The position numbers and the translations under genes were made by a program. From Andalucia godoyi And28 (Eukaryota; Protista; Jakobida): a stretch of 57,733 bases of DNA. The notes under the pieces are model-generated. The model was not told where the DNA came from, made no database searches, and saw only the letters and a list, made by a program, of their open reading frames with translations. Below are positions 1 through 10,500 of the stretch, in pieces (within the stretch, counting starts at the first letter, position 1; each line of letters starts with the position of its first letter). The stretch spans positions 351,965 through 409,697 of the forward strand of contig VRVR01000010.1 in NCBI GenBank assembly GCA_009859145.1, written 5' to 3'.

Positions 1-110
1 TGGAGTTTATTTTCTTTCCCTCAAACAACCTTGCTTTACTTTATTTATTCAGTTTAATTATATATTTTGGAAAAAGGAAAGGCAAAATAAAAGAAGAGTT
101 ACAGGTGATC

Positions 111-1439
111 ATGCGGATTGTTCCTGCGAGTGGAGAGGCCATAGCTTCGTGTGCGGCTGCAATTGCGTCGGGTCGTCTTGTTGCGTTTCCGACAGAAACC
201 GTCTACGGACTTGGCGCTCTTGCGTCGGATTCGAATGCGTTGATTTCCGTTTTCAAGGCAAAAGGCCGACCGCTGACCGATCCGCTTATTGCCCATGTGT
301 CGAATATTAGCCAAGGTCAGTTGCTCACAATTCTTCCTCTTTCCTCTACTTCGTGCTCTTCTTGGTCCTCCGCGTCCTCTGCATCCGCGATGGACGATGC
401 AAGCTGGCGATGTGCGTCGAGGTTTGCGATTGCGCTTGCAAATGCTTTTTGGCCAGGTCCGCTGACCATGGTTCTTCCTGCAACACCAAGTGTTCCAAAG
501 GAAGCAACTGCTGGGACTGGTTGGATCGGAATCCGAGTTCCTCGACATCCTGTTGCGCTGTCGTTGCTGGATGCTCTGGAAAAGCACTTCTCGCAACGAG
601 ATGAAGACCGAGTTGAGAAGGGAGGCCAATCGATACAGGGGAAAGGACGTCGTTTATGTGCAATCTGCGCTCCAAGCGCCAATCGGTTTGGTCATGTTTC
701 TCCAACCACTGCTCAGCATGTATACGATGATCTGAGTGCATCTGGTCTCGTAGACACTGTGCTTGATGGCGGACCATGTGAGGTGGGAATTGAAAGCACT
801 GTTGTCAAAATTGATGCGGATAAGAGGCAGATCGTCGTACTGCGAAGGGGCGGTGTTTCCGTCTCGGAAATTGCTGGCGTATGCGGATCGCTGGCGAAAG
901 AAAAAGATGGAGAAGGGGGCAGCGGGAGCAGCGGGAGCAGCGGGAGCATGGAAGGATTCGACACTTGGGAAGTTGTGGTGATTGATCGGCGTGTCAAGAG
1001 CACCTCGGCGCAAGCACAAGAAGCGCCAGGCGGTCTCGTGACGCACTATGCACCAGATGTGCCGTGCTATCTGATATCTGCAATTACGAATGCAGATGCT
1101 AGGATGCACAGTCAAGGAGACCCGGTTTTGTTCCCGGATGTTGTATTTGTGGATTTTGGAGGTCGATTTGCGAGCTTGCGGTCCTCTGTCGGTGCGTACC
1201 GCGATCTTTCGTGTTCTGGATCTGTAGGCGAAGCAATGCAATCGCTGTTTGAGGTTCTGCGATGGACGGAGCTTGTTCAGGTATCCGTATCGCCAGGGCG
1301 CTCCAAGGTCGTGGTCGTTGTTGATCTCAAGGACATTGACAACTGCGATGCCCTGATGGATAGGATTTGGAGAGCGTGCTCAGGACGATCATGCGTGCTG
1401 GATGCGGCCTCTGGCTCTGTAACTCCGTCAGCACGTTGA
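111..1439 (+). CDS. SUA5: Threonylcarbamoyl-AMP synthase (YrdC + Sua5 C-terminal domain)
   Basis: Motifs VAFPTETVYGLGA, KGRP..DPLIAHV, FWPGPLTMVL, APSANRFG, DGGPCEVGIESTVV, APGGLVTHYAP; first ATG at 111 (the ORF track starts at an upstream GTG). Confidence 0.95.
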   Translation: MRIVPASGEAIASCAAAIASGRLVAFPTETVYGLGALASDSNALISVFKAKGRPLTDPLIAHVSNISQGQLLTILPLSSTSCSSWSSASSASAMDDASWRCASRFAIALANAFWPGPLTMVLPATPSVPKEATAGTGWIGIRVPRHPVALSLLDALEKHFSQRDEDRVEKGGQSIQGKGRRLCAICAPSANRFGHVSPTTAQHVYDDLSASGLVDTVLDGGPCEVGIESTVVKIDADKRQIVVLRRGGVSVSEIAGVCGSLAKEKDGEGGSGSSGSSGSMEGFDTWEVVVIDRRVKSTSAQAQEAPGGLVTHYAPDVPCYLISAITNADARMHSQGDPVLFPDVVFVDFGGRFASLRSSVGAYRDLSCSGSVGEAMQSLFEVLRWTELVQVSVSPGRSKVVVVVDLKDIDNCDALMDRIWRACSGRSCVLDAASGSVTPSAR

Positions 1440-1742
1440 AAGCCCGCACCCACTCCCTGTCGTAGTCCTCGAACCTTTCTTCCTTCCTTGCTCACCTGCT
1501 GTACGAACTTAGCTACGGCAGTTTTTGGAAAACGCGAAAGCACCCGGAAAATCACGGGAAAATCCAAACGAACTTTGCACGTTTGCACCCTGCACTAGTC
1601 ATTCCCGATTTTCCTTCGAGCATAGGAGAATATCTGAATTCCCCTATACTTATATACGCTAACACTTGCTAGTTGGTTACTTGCTCTTGTGAAAAAGTAC
1701 TTTTATGTCTAGTGCAATTACCGTTGATATTTTTCTTTCAAA

Positions 1743-1746
<4 letters not shown>

Positions 1747-1778
<32 letters not shown>
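1747..1778. repeat. (TAT)n microsatellite
   Basis: Direct reading of the intergenic AT-rich tract. Confidence 0.9.
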
Positions 1779-1898
1779 GTCATTGTTTTTCAGTAATCTT
1801 TAATTATTACAGGATATTTCCTGTTTTTTATTATTTTTTCCTTCTTGAACTGCGTTTTGCGCATCCTTTCTTTCACAAGAGCGATACGATCCCCAATC

Positions 1899-3293
1899 AT
1901 GTCTGGGGTTGGTTCAGAAACGACATTGTTTATGATGTCGAAGAGCGGACGGTCGCTCAGTCCGGCGAAGAGGCAGTCGAGTTGTGCAAAGTCGGTATCA
2001 GGATTGTCGTCGCAGACGTCGAGTGTAGCAGCCATGTCGGAGCCGGCAGTTTTTGGAAGCAATGTATCGATATCGAGCGGCGGTCAGGTGACTCTCTCAT
2101 GGGAAGCAAAGCTGGCGGAAGAAGAGGCGGTTTCCAATCTTCGAACGATGAATAGGAACAAGATCAGGCCTTCTGCATGGGTTATGTCACACTCGCCGCA
2201 GAGATCAAGCCAGGTCTCCTACACGGCTGACAATCCTCCCGTTGGACAGTACATTCCAAAAGACCATTTTACTCGGCCGAGATCCCCGACGTGCGACTTT
2301 GCAAAGATGGGAGAGCGCTTCCGAGAGTCTGCCGCGAAGCATGGCGATAGCACCTCCGGCTACAACAGCAGCAGCAGGCCACACACAAACATGGTGCAAA
2401 TGGAGTCACCGTCTGGATCTCGCCCCGTTTCAAGAGCAGAATCGGACTCTTCAAAGCGTCTCGGATCGTCGACTCGCGAATGGCCGTGCTTCCGATCGAC
2501 TACTCCTGGGGCAGGGGCATTTGAAAAGCCGCGACAATTTGTGGAAGCGCAGTACGAGGTGTCGGACTCGTTCTTGTCAACGAGACCAAAGTTACTGGTA
2601 GCTGTCATGCGGCACGATTCTCCGGGACATTCGCAAACAGTGGCCAAGTCAAGCACGTGGCAGCCGAGAACTCCGCGTTGTTTGGATGCCGTTCGACCCG
2701 CAGCACCATGCACTGCGGCAAAACTGATGGTGAAATCGCTGGACCGTGACAACGCCCATCATTACGCACTCGTGCAGATGCGTTGCGTAACTCCCGTCAA
2801 CACGGACCATCTGCTGTTGAATGAAGTTCGTGATCCGAGAGAACCGTTTGCAGAGCAGCGAGTCCGAACGCCCGATTTCCGAAAATACAGACCCCGGCCC
2901 GAAGTGCCTGGCACAAACGAAAATCGATCGCACGACGAGTTTATGGCAAAGATAGAGAAGGAATGGGGACAGGATCTTCGACCAAACTCCGCACCGATTC
3001 CCGACGATTCCATGCTCTCCACGAGGCCGCGCTGCTTAAGTCCGTCGATGAGACACGGCCGAGGACATCTGCCTTTGAACTATGAAGAAACGAAGCAGCG
3101 GGACCTCTCGAATCAAACTCGAAACCAGAATCTGGGCGGCAGCCAATCGCAAGACTCCGCTCTTCGAGTTGCTTCGCACATCCTCGAAAGTTCGATCGAT
3201 TATGACCGAGTCGGTCCTGCAGCGGAGCGAGTCAAATTCTTTGCGGGAACAGGCGGTATCGCTTGGAATCGGAGTCCGCAGCGTTTCACCTAA
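1899..3293 (+). CDS. Ser/Pro/Arg-rich repeat protein, possibly SHIPPO/STPG-type axonemal protein
   Basis: Long ORF; start at ATG 1899 or 1932; PPVGQYIP and recurring (F/L)STRP-like units resemble SHIPPO-type repeats. The CDS is solid, the product is tentative. Confidence 0.6.
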   Translation: MSGVGSETTLFMMSKSGRSLSPAKRQSSCAKSVSGLSSQTSSVAAMSEPAVFGSNVSISSGGQVTLSWEAKLAEEEAVSNLRTMNRNKIRPSAWVMSHSPQRSSQVSYTADNPPVGQYIPKDHFTRPRSPTCDFAKMGERFRESAAKHGDSTSGYNSSSRPHTNMVQMESPSGSRPVSRAESDSSKRLGSSTREWPCFRSTTPGAGAFEKPRQFVEAQYEVSDSFLSTRPKLLVAVMRHDSPGHSQTVAKSSTWQPRTPRCLDAVRPAAPCTAAKLMVKSLDRDNAHHYALVQMRCVTPVNTDHLLLNEVRDPREPFAEQRVRTPDFRKYRPRPEVPGTNENRSHDEFMAKIEKEWGQDLRPNSAPIPDDSMLSTRPRCLSPSMRHGRGHLPLNYEETKQRDLSNQTRNQNLGGSQSQDSALRVASHILESSIDYDRVGPAAERVKFFAGTGGIAWNRSPQRFT

Positions 3294-3544
3294 CCGGTGT
3301 TCTCGGGAGTACATACTTGTTGGACACATGAGATACACAATTACGCTTGTCCGGAAAGTAAGCTGGAAGAAGGAGGGGAGGGGGGTGCTTGGCGAGACAG
3401 CATGTTAATTGTTCTCCCAGTGTTTTTTTCGTGCTCTTTGTAACCTCGAATAGTTTCATTGCAGGATACTGTTTCTTAAAGCTTCCATTTTACGTGATAC
3501 GAATTGAATAGGGCGACGTGCTTTCGTCGTTCGTACGCACTCCC

Positions 3545-3606
3545 GAATGATGATGTTGTGCGGAGTGCGATGTGCCGATTCGTGCCGATTCTCCACCAGC
3601 TGAATA
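3545..3606 (+). ncRNA. Candidate box C/D snoRNA
   Basis: C box ATGATGA 3547-3553, D box CTGA 3600-3603, and 9 nt immediately upstream of D complementary to conserved SSU rRNA UUGGUGGAG; no terminal stem. Confidence 0.25.
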
Positions 3607-4337
3607 CTACAAGTTCAGAGCATGGTGGTTTTGCTGTCAGGTACGGCCATACTAGAGTGAAAATACCGCATCCCGTCCGATTTGCGAAGTCAAGTGCTCT
3701 CAGGCTGGAGTAGTACTGAGGTGGGTGACCACTCGGGAATTCCCAGTGCTGTACTTTTTGCGACTATTGCTTCTTTTTGCTTTTCATTCCAGTAACTCTC
3801 CCCGTACAGTAAAGTCCAAATCGTCGTTCGCATCTGTAGCCGCTCGCCAAAACATGAATCATTCCCCAGTCGATTCAACATTCTGAAATGAATGTTGGAG
3901 GAGACAGAATGTGGTCGGCAGTGGGACACATCGCACCAACGACGCAGTTGCCTTTTGCTCCTTCTTGTTCTCTGACTTGAAAGCGCATTCCGAACGCAAT
4001 CGACCACATCTTCATGGCTTGCTCAGCAAGAACAGAAAATGATAGAAAGAAGAAGAAAAGGGAAGAATGAACACATTCTGGACTTGATTGCAGTAAGACA
4101 ATCGTATATGTTTGATGTTCAGTGGTGGGACCTGCTGGTCGGCACCTGGCGTAGATTTTCCTGCTGCCGCAAAGGAGTAAATGTTTTCGGTCCCCGCTCT
4201 GCGCAGGTTTTTTTTTCGTCTGCACTCCGAAGAAAATTTAAAAAAATTCATAACAAATCGATGCACTTTGCGAAATGCAGGGCGTTTGTCGTTCGATTTT
4301 TTGAAATAGGATTCGAGGCTTGAGAGTGGACGTCAGC

Positions 4338-5540
4338 ATGAGCGCGGGGTTCCAGTCTCTCGACACGGAATTGCTGTCTGTGCATCGTCACCACGAGGAT
4401 GGTGACGCCGATTATGGCAGTGGCAGTGGTGGAGTTGGTGGTGCAGAGTGCGCTTCTCAGTGCGATCCCGAGCATTCGATAGTCTTGCTTCCGAAGCTTC
4501 GGCTTCTGGACTTTTTGTTTTCATTGGGCGGTTTAGCACCATGGTCTCAGTCGCACCGAACACTGTCCGTCGTTTACGACATTATGGTTGTACTGTGTCT
4601 CATTGCACTTTGGGTGCTTACACTGATTGCGCTGTTCATGGCAAAGGTGAATCAGGTCATTTTTATCTATATTGTATGGTCCGTCTTCTTCACACTGAAT
4701 TTCATTCTGATGCGGTCCGTGCTCCGCAAATCTGCTCGCAAGAATGCTGCGTCCACACTGTCGTTTCTTTGTCGGACGCAGCAAGAGCGGGCCGGTGTTG
4801 AGCGATTTGCCAACATCTTCTCGGTGGTTCTTGCCGTGGAGGTTCTTTTGAATGCAGTCTTGTCGTTTTTGGTGAATACCGGCTTTACGGATGGGCACGA
4901 AGTCCTTTCCTCCCCCGTTTTCTCTGTCTCCGAAGTGATACTCGGCTCTTTGTTGATTGTCTTCTCGATTCCGGCAACATTGGCTTGGGTTGCACCGACC
5001 GCAGTGCTGTTCACATCCTACATGGCGCTTACGAAAATCATCCAATCGATTCATACTCGACACGCACTGGATATCGTCCGCCTGATCGCACAAGTTGAAA
5101 CGGTGCTTCCGCTAATTCGGCACATCAACATTGTTTTTGGTCCCTTGCTGTCGGTTGGATGTGTCTTCTCTGGACTGACAGCCCTCGTGGTTGCGATAAC
5201 ATTTCTGCGAAACGTTGGTGGCTCCGCGTTCTTTGTGGTCGTTTTGGCGTTCTGGCTGCTTGCAAGTGCATTCTATATCATGGTTGTTCTTTTTATCGGT
5301 TCATCCGTTCATCGAGCGGTGAATAATCTGTTCCAAGACGTCATTTATTCGAATGTCCTGAACATTGAGTCACAGGACCTGCTTTTGAAAACCCATTTAC
5401 TAGCATCTCTCAAGAGATTCGAAACCAATTGCTTTGCAATACAGGTTTTGGGGCTTCCCATCACGAGGACACTGTTTTTCCGCTACGTTGCTGTCTTGGC
5501 GTCGTACGTTATTGTGCTCCTCACGTACTCTACGTTCTAG
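4338..5540 (+). CDS. Seven-transmembrane gustatory-receptor-like (GRL/7TMIC, DUF3537-like) protein
   Basis: About 7 hydrophobic segments; pre-TM1 LGGLAPW motif; C-terminal FAIQVLGLPITRTLF...SYVIVLLTY resembles the TM7a/7b pattern of insect Gr/Or-type channels; ATG at 4338. Confidence 0.65.
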   Translation: MSAGFQSLDTELLSVHRHHEDGDADYGSGSGGVGGAECASQCDPEHSIVLLPKLRLLDFLFSLGGLAPWSQSHRTLSVVYDIMVVLCLIALWVLTLIALFMAKVNQVIFIYIVWSVFFTLNFILMRSVLRKSARKNAASTLSFLCRTQQERAGVERFANIFSVVLAVEVLLNAVLSFLVNTGFTDGHEVLSSPVFSVSEVILGSLLIVFSIPATLAWVAPTAVLFTSYMALTKIIQSIHTRHALDIVRLIAQVETVLPLIRHINIVFGPLLSVGCVFSGLTALVVAITFLRNVGGSAFFVVVLAFWLLASAFYIMVVLFIGSSVHRAVNNLFQDVIYSNVLNIESQDLLLKTHLLASLKRFETNCFAIQVLGLPITRTLFFRYVAVLASYVIVLLTYSTF

Positions 5541-5661
5541 CCAAAGCCGTCCTTTCCATCTTCAGCGCTCTCTTTTGCCTTTTTATATATATTTTATAAC
5601 AAATTTGCTGTTGGCGTCGGCGCTGTTGTATATGTATTTCCAAGAGCGAGCAAACGGGTGA

Positions 5662-7092
5662 TTACCGACGAGCAGGGGAACGAAGAGTCGATTCCCACAA
5701 CAGTGTCCCGTTGCTGATCCCCGGCCGATCAAGGTGTGCCACTTCTGAAAAGGAGGCTGGCATTCGCGGAGGCGTTTTCAGATTGCCATTACTATTGATA
5801 TTACTCATGCTCTTCTTGCCAGCATCGCGGAGAGGTGAGATGCCAGCTCTGTTTTGTCTTCGCGATGACGACTCCCCCAGAGCGCTCTGAGGCCGCAGAG
5901 GATTGCTCGGCGACGTTCCCACCTGGTACACACTCGACTGCTGGTTGCTGTGGTTGGCCCTCAGAACTGAAAGATCCCGCCGAACATCTGGGATCGTTGG
6001 TGCAACGTGAAAGACGGACTTTGCGGGTGATTGTCTATAGGACAAAGGACGGTCGACCGTCGCCGTCGCCGTCGCAGTCGCAGCAAAGGAAGAGGAGGAT
6101 GTCCTTTGGTGCAATCCAGGGGATTGCGAAGAGAATGCCAATGGTTGATTTGTACGGTATCGAAATGGCGACGAACGGGCTTGCGGTGAGTGTTCTTCTC
6201 CCAAAATGCCGTCTTCCGTGCTTTGCTTTGGAATTGTCGCCGCTTCAGCATAGCTCTGTCGTCGGGCGAAACGGGGATCATGGTCGAACCGTTCCGGTGC
6301 AAGTTTGAATGCGTAAATTTCGTCCAGCCGTTCTCTTGCGACGAGACCGGACGGCACAACTACATCCAAGAAATACTCTGTGGATACGAATGCAAGACGT
6401 ACAAATTCCATGGGCGACCCCTTGTGCGCAGAAGCTTCAGCGTTCTTTGCACCGGCGTTGGCGTGCACAGATGTCCACCGTGCGACTGCATCAAACACGA
6501 TTTCCTCGCTTGCAACCCGCAGATTGTCGGATTGTACAACCTCGGCCAATGCCGACTCTTCCAGAAACATGAATCCGGCACTGCGGACAACCTTTTCAAA
6601 GTTTGTGCACAAAAACGACTTGCAGACTTCGTCCAAAGCAACGCAGTTTGCACTCCGAGCCGCACCCCAGATTAAGCAAACGGTGTCAACATCCACTGCA
6701 GATCCGAGGGTGGCAGACAGCTCCCGCACAAGGTCCGAGAGCCCAAGCGTGCGTGCGCCCACAAGCAGGAAGCATCCATCATCCACCGAGTGAAAGCGAA
6801 GAGAGTCCGAATAGAGATATCCAAGAAGCAGCGAAAATGAATTTGGTCTGATTTTCGGTGGAATTGTCAACGAATTCACATCATCGGGACCCGAATCAAG
6901 AAGCTGCGCAAAGTACGGGCATCGTGCCCACAATATAGCCTTGTGCGATCTGAACGCTGGTAAAGACGACGAATTCATACTTGGGCCGTGGTGCATCTCA
7001 TGCTGCACTGACGCTTCCGATCCCGGATAAACAAGACTCACATCTGTGAACTTTTGATGCGTCAGCAGATCACTGACCGAATACACTGCCAT
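5662..7092 (-). CDS. BTB/POZ-BACK domain protein with disordered C-terminus
   Basis: FRSHKAILWARCPYF, FSLLLGYLYSD (BTB); LQSDNLRVASEEIVFDAVARW and VRLAF (BACK). Confidence 0.92.
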   Translation of the reverse strand: MAVYSVSDLLTHQKFTDVSLVYPGSEASVQHEMHHGPSMNSSSLPAFRSHKAILWARCPYFAQLLDSGPDDVNSLTIPPKIRPNSFSLLLGYLYSDSLRFHSVDDGCFLLVGARTLGLSDLVRELSATLGSAVDVDTVCLIWGAARSANCVALDEVCKSFLCTNFEKVVRSAGFMFLEESALAEVVQSDNLRVASEEIVFDAVARWTSVHANAGAKNAEASAHKGSPMEFVRLAFVSTEYFLDVVVPSGLVARERLDEIYAFKLAPERFDHDPRFARRQSYAEAATIPKQSTEDGILGEEHSPQARSSPFRYRTNQPLAFSSQSPGLHQRTSSSSFAATATATATVDRPLSYRQSPAKSVFHVAPTIPDVRRDLSVLRANHSNQQSSVYQVGTSPSNPLRPQSALGESSSRRQNRAGISPLRDAGKKSMSNINSNGNLKTPPRMPASFSEVAHLDRPGISNGTLLWESTLRSPARR

Positions 7093-7590
7093 CTTTCTAT
7101 CTTCCTCACAGGTTTCTTACGTTGCAGTGTGGGCCGCACACGGCAGGTGACAGAAACAGTAAAACTATAATACTTTATAAAAAAGTACGAAACAATCTGG
7201 GAATTTGCGTTTTGCAGAATAACGCAATTTTCCCAAGCGAAGTGTTTCCGAGTGCTTGGGAGCAGTTGAATTTTTTTTTGTAGTGTACAGCAGTTGCTCG
7301 GCGTAGAATCGGCAAGTGAAAACTCGTGTTTTCAGATGATCATGTTCTTTGCTGAGCGAAGGGCACACAGAGGAAAAAGACAGACTCCATTCACAGCTTC
7401 GAGCCTGGAAAGTTCTTGCTTCCGAAGTTTGCAGACGGCGAAGATGGTTTTGGAGGACAAGCGGCGGACCGGATGCAAGACTGCGTGCGCCAGAGGATGT
7501 CGTGTCTCAGATTTCATCCAGCGGAATGGCAGACTGTTTTTTTTTTTGTTTTTTGTTTGGAGAATTGGAGGAAAGGAGGAAAATCGGCGA

Positions 7591-10500
7591 TCAGACAGAG
7601 CGGATTCCGATTGGCTTCCCCGGTTCGAGCTTCCTAGGAGGACGCATGCGTCCTTCTCGCTGTTTCGAAGCAGAGGATTTGTTGGACGAACCTGCAACAT
7701 TGCTCCGCGGCGACTTTGAGGATGCGCTGCCGGAGCGAAGAGAGGTGGCTGTGTTTTGGGCGCCTTGTGACACACGGTTTGCAAACGCCAACGCACCTGC
7801 GACAGGCTTGCCGACAATGCCGATGAGCTTTCCGGCGGATGGGTCTGTGAGCGACAAGAAATCGTCCAAACCACCGCGAATTCCTTGCGCAAGAGCTTCT
7901 GAACCCTTGATGAATCCTTCTCCGAGATGCTTGACTTCGTCCTTTTCATTGGAGTCCATTCGCGATATGAACCGATCATCGCCGGACGCGCCCGCTGCCG
8001 CTCGGCCAAGGGACGACGTCGCACGAGTTGCGCTGGTGAAGGACGCTTCTATTGTATTCGATATCAGGTTCTGAGATCGACGCGCCAGACCCCTCGCAAA
8101 CAGGTCCGGGGACAATGTGAAGGATTCCTCGGGATCGCTGAAGAATTCGCGGACACCAGAGCTGATATCCTCCAGCAGCGAGGCAGGATTGCCCATGAAG
8201 TCAAGATGCCCGAGCACCTTGACCATCTGCCACATGATGTTCTCCTTGTAGTGGTCAATCAACAAACGGCCGATCGTCTCTGGACTGCCATGCACATGTT
8301 GCAAGAAGAGCGATTTGAGAGAGATGTTGGCATCTGAAATGTTGGAGAACAAGAGACCAACGGACGCGAGTAGAGATGCGAAAGGAAGTCGATCAATCGG
8401 GAACGGCGGAGGAAGAATAGGAGTCAGCGGCTCGTCAGAAGGTAAATGACCTCGAGACGATGGTATCAAGTCACGATCAAAGTCAGACCCATGAAGAGAG
8501 AACGTTACCGAGACGGAGTTCAGGTGCAGCACTCTGATGAACAGAATAAAACTGGACACCGAGGTGGCATCGCGCTGGTGTCGGATGGTCTGGATCTTTG
8601 TCCAGTGGCTGTCTGCCGCCAGTGATTGCAATCCAAAATCCCCGGCTTCGTTTCCAAATTCCTCCAGCAATTGCTGATTGATTTCGTGTGTGCTCGGATC
8701 GTACAGACCGGATGCAAGCGCGAATCGATAAAGCTCCCGGACCATGGATTCATCGACCGAAACACGAAGCTTCTGCATCAAAAACGACAAGTAGTTGATG
8801 TATATTGTGGGCCGCGGGAACAGCAAAGATTGCGAATAGGAAACGTACAGCAAAGGACGCGATTCTTGCTGTGCTTCGACTGCGTCGTGTTTTGGAGACT
8901 GTCTGGATTTTCTCTTGAACGAGAATACGTTCTTTTTCGTCTCTGCCTCTCGATGTTGGTCTACCGACAGGACCGTTGGGAACCGGGCGTCTGCAAGCAT
9001 GTTGTCCACTTGGAGATCTCCCAGAATAAAGTCGCACAACATGTCAGTTCCCGAATTCTCGAGATGCAAGCCGAACTTTTTGAATCCAGCATTCAGAATT
9101 TCTTTCGGCACATTGTCGACAAGACAAATGCTTCCTGCAGCAACCGTCAGTTTGAACAACCACGTATTTCGGGGCGTCTGCATGGGCTTTGAAAGACCTG
9201 GTTCACTGCTGTACAGACGAAGGACGCGACGGGATCCCTCCAGGGAGACCTGGGCGAAGACCTTTGTGCCCCCCGCTCCATGGTCGATCAGCAGCAGCGG
9301 CCTCTGATCCACATCCTCCAACAGAATCGCTTTCTTTTCTCCGCGATACTCAATGCGCACAACATGGGCGGCCTGCGGATTTCTCCACGCAAAGGGGATC
9401 GTTCCTCCGGCATCCACTGTCACGGGATCTCCTCCTTCCGTGTCTTTTTCGGATGTCAGCTGACGGAATGTGACAGACTCGGACAAGAAATTGGAGAGTT
9501 GGAACGGCGGTCCTCCTTCGGAAGGTGAAATACAGAGCATCATTTGGCCATCGCTAAATTCGTTTGAAATGCGGACCCACCGCGACGTCTTCACATCGTC
9601 TGCACCCGGTACAACGAGCTCGGCTTCTTGATTGCAAACGTGCGCCAAGTTCAATCGACAATCCAGAAGCTGCCCACCAATGCGAATTTGCACTTCGCGG
9701 CTCGATGGATTCGTAAAGAAGATGGGGGATACAGCCTTCGGTTCTATGGTGCTCACCACCGAGAAAGTTCCACTCGATTCCGATTGGCCGGCAGACAAGT
9801 ATCTTCTATCGCCGTGCAATGTCGGCTGCACAATCTCCACGACCAGGTGATCGTGCTGGCTGTCATCGAGACTACCTGCGGACTTCTCCGAATGATTTCC
9901 AGCAAGCATTCCGTTGACTGCAATAAAGTGCGGCCTGACGGTAATCAAGGAGCTCCGGAAGAACTTGCCGGGAGCAGGCTTGACGGTGACGCTGAAATCG
10001 ACGCACTCTGTTCTAGAATGACATGACACGTTGGACATAGACGCGCCGGCATGAATTGGAAACGACTCCGACACCACAGAAGGTCCTAGAGCCAGGCGCA
10101 CCGAATGCCTCTTTTTGTTGGAGTCGGAAAAGCTCAGCAGAACCGGAGGAAATGCAGGATGGCCTCCGGAGGACTGTACAAATGTTCCGTCAAAGTCCCA
10201 AGGAGCCACTGGATTTTCAGTCATCGAGAATGGAATTCCTGGGGAGAGCTCCCACGACGAAGAGGAAAACATGCGGCCCAGCTGTGATGCATTCTTGATC
10301 ACGGATGGCTGCGTTAAGATGGCAAAATTACGGCCTGACGAGTTGACAACCCAGGCATCCACCCAAATGGACACTGTCCGCACCAGCAATCCATCAAGAG
10401 ATGAGTTGACGCGCAAGAAGGTTTCTCGATCATAAATGTCTCGCAATGCCACCTTCTCCGGAAGGACTTCTGGTGTCGACTGCGTCACCGGGAAATGCAC

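Noticed and set aside
3690-4010. TGA-only stops in several orphan frames suggesting selenoprotein or TGA read-through
   Set aside because: Bona fide genes here end in TGA, TAA and TAG; no CxxU motif or SECIS recognised; TA depletion explains the TGA bias
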